Source of the DNA: Bigelowiella natans CCMP2755
Lineage: Eukaryota; Protista; Cercozoa
Length of the DNA: 64,000 nt
NCBI GenBank assembly: GCA_000320545.1
Contig: ADNK01000487.1
Location: forward strand, 1-64,000
Direction of reading: 5' to 3'
Shown piece after piece: positions 62,730 to 64,000 of the stretch. Under the pieces are notes generated by a model. That model worked only from the letters and a program-made list of their open reading frames with translations, was not told the DNA's origin and made no database searches. A program made the position numbers and the translations under genes. Numbering within the stretch: the first letter of the stretch is position 1; every line of letters starts with the position of its first letter.

Positions 62730-64000
62730 TGCTAATTCAGCATCTTTCACAGATTGAGACACACTTCGAACCTCGCTATCCTCATCGCCAACAAGAAAAC
62801 TACACAAAGAGCAGACGAAGAAGTCCACCCAAGGAGCACATGTTCCTCAACAAGACGATTAGACGACTACAAACAACTTTCCAAAGAGCACCAGAGAAAC
62901 CCATTGCGAATAGCAATCGCGTGCATACTTTGAGTGTATGCGTCATGTAATACATCCTGACAGTATGTATCCAAATTCATATCCCCATACTCTTCTCTTT
63001 CCTTGTTCTTTGCGCCATCACCTTCCGCCTTTAAGCTCCAGGTAAGCTGAGCATCCACTTATACCCCGACCGTCCTGCAGTGGAAGAGGCAGATGAGGAA
63101 CTTAGAGGCTACGGTTTGGATGGATTATGTGGCGAGTAGAATCATAAAATGGGAGTCGGATCTTTGATACCCATAGAATATGATAAAATGCTAAGGAATC
63201 ATAGATAGCTCTAGAATATCAAGTACCAAGCAGGCATTATCAGTCGTGTTCAAAAGGGCTCTGCACTGCCTATCATACGCACCAGTCATCGTGTGAATTG
63301 AATGTGAGCGGATAGAAGACATCCGATATTCTTAGATGGAGTTCAGTATGATGGTGTTCGACATTTATGGCTTTGATTCTTTCACCTTGGATACGGATCC
63401 ACTTGGCTTTGGTGGCCAAAAGAGTCTACACTCCATTAACCACTCTCTGGTGGCTTAAACCTTCATGGGAACACATGTATATTTACTTGTAAACGACGAC
63501 TTCGAAGAAAGAATCTTGTGGAGAAACCTGTTGTGGAAATCATGAAGTTCCGGAATGGAATTAACGAAAATCCTGAATAGCATAAATTATTAAAGTATTC
63601 ACCTAAATTTAGTTTATTCTTGGGGAATTTTGAAACAGACTGCTGTCATTAATGTAGTGCACGAGCTACAAGGTAGATTATTTCACCTTAGAGTCATTCC
63701 TCATCCAAATATTTCACAAAAGATCTTATTAAGCGAAATGCTACAGATCTGCGCGGAAATTTTCACTCTGCACAGTGGTACATGCCGCCCGCCGGTACGC
63801 TTCCTGGCTCTTAGTAAAAGAAAATGCTGAAAGCAGCTCCATTTTTTTTTCCATGAAAGAAGAGGGTTAAACGAGAGACTACGTCACGAATACAGCAGCA
63901 GCAGCAGCAGCAGTAGTTGGCAAATGGTCAGCTTCTATCATCGTCAACATACAGCTGTGGTGGACTTCGAAAAACTGGATTCACACAGCAGCATCTCAGA
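62730..64000 (-). CDS. Possible 3' exons of a hypothetical gene running off the window
   Basis: AG..GT-bounded open segments such as TLLATKAKWIRIQGERIKAINVEHHHTELHLRISDVFYPLTFNSHDD (~63285-63425) and IFVNSIPELHDFHNRFLHKILSSK. No family recognised. Confidence 0.25.

Overview
Intron-rich eukaryotic nuclear DNA, not prokaryotic. GT-AG introns packed with microsatellites and a signal-peptide plus transit-peptide leader suggest an alga with a secondary plastid, possibly a chlorarachniophyte (inference). Genes in order: hypothetical (-), NPF-repeat/SH3-like protein (-), RXT3-like HDAC subunit (+), FHA protein (-), PTC7/PBCP-type PP2C that appears to splice into a C-terminal SAP domain (+), bacterial-type HpcH/HpaI aldolase (+), NEK1-like kinase (-), long coiled-coil protein (+), a giant (~5,500 aa) RNF213/mysterin-like AAA+ E3 ligase (-), and an ADP/ATP carrier (+). 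Two signals stand out. (1) Non-genic islands in which TpA is nearly absent except inside CTAG, while CpG is kept, and related islands where CTAG is strongly enriched. They lie downstream of gene 3' ends and not in divergent promoters, suggesting a targeted, RIP-like A-to-G (TpA to TpG/CpA) mutational process. (2) The RNF213 homolog has an intact RZ finger, a U-box where animal RNF213 has its RING, and added Tudor-like, SAM-like and NZF domains. Exon structures and counts were done by eye and are approximate.
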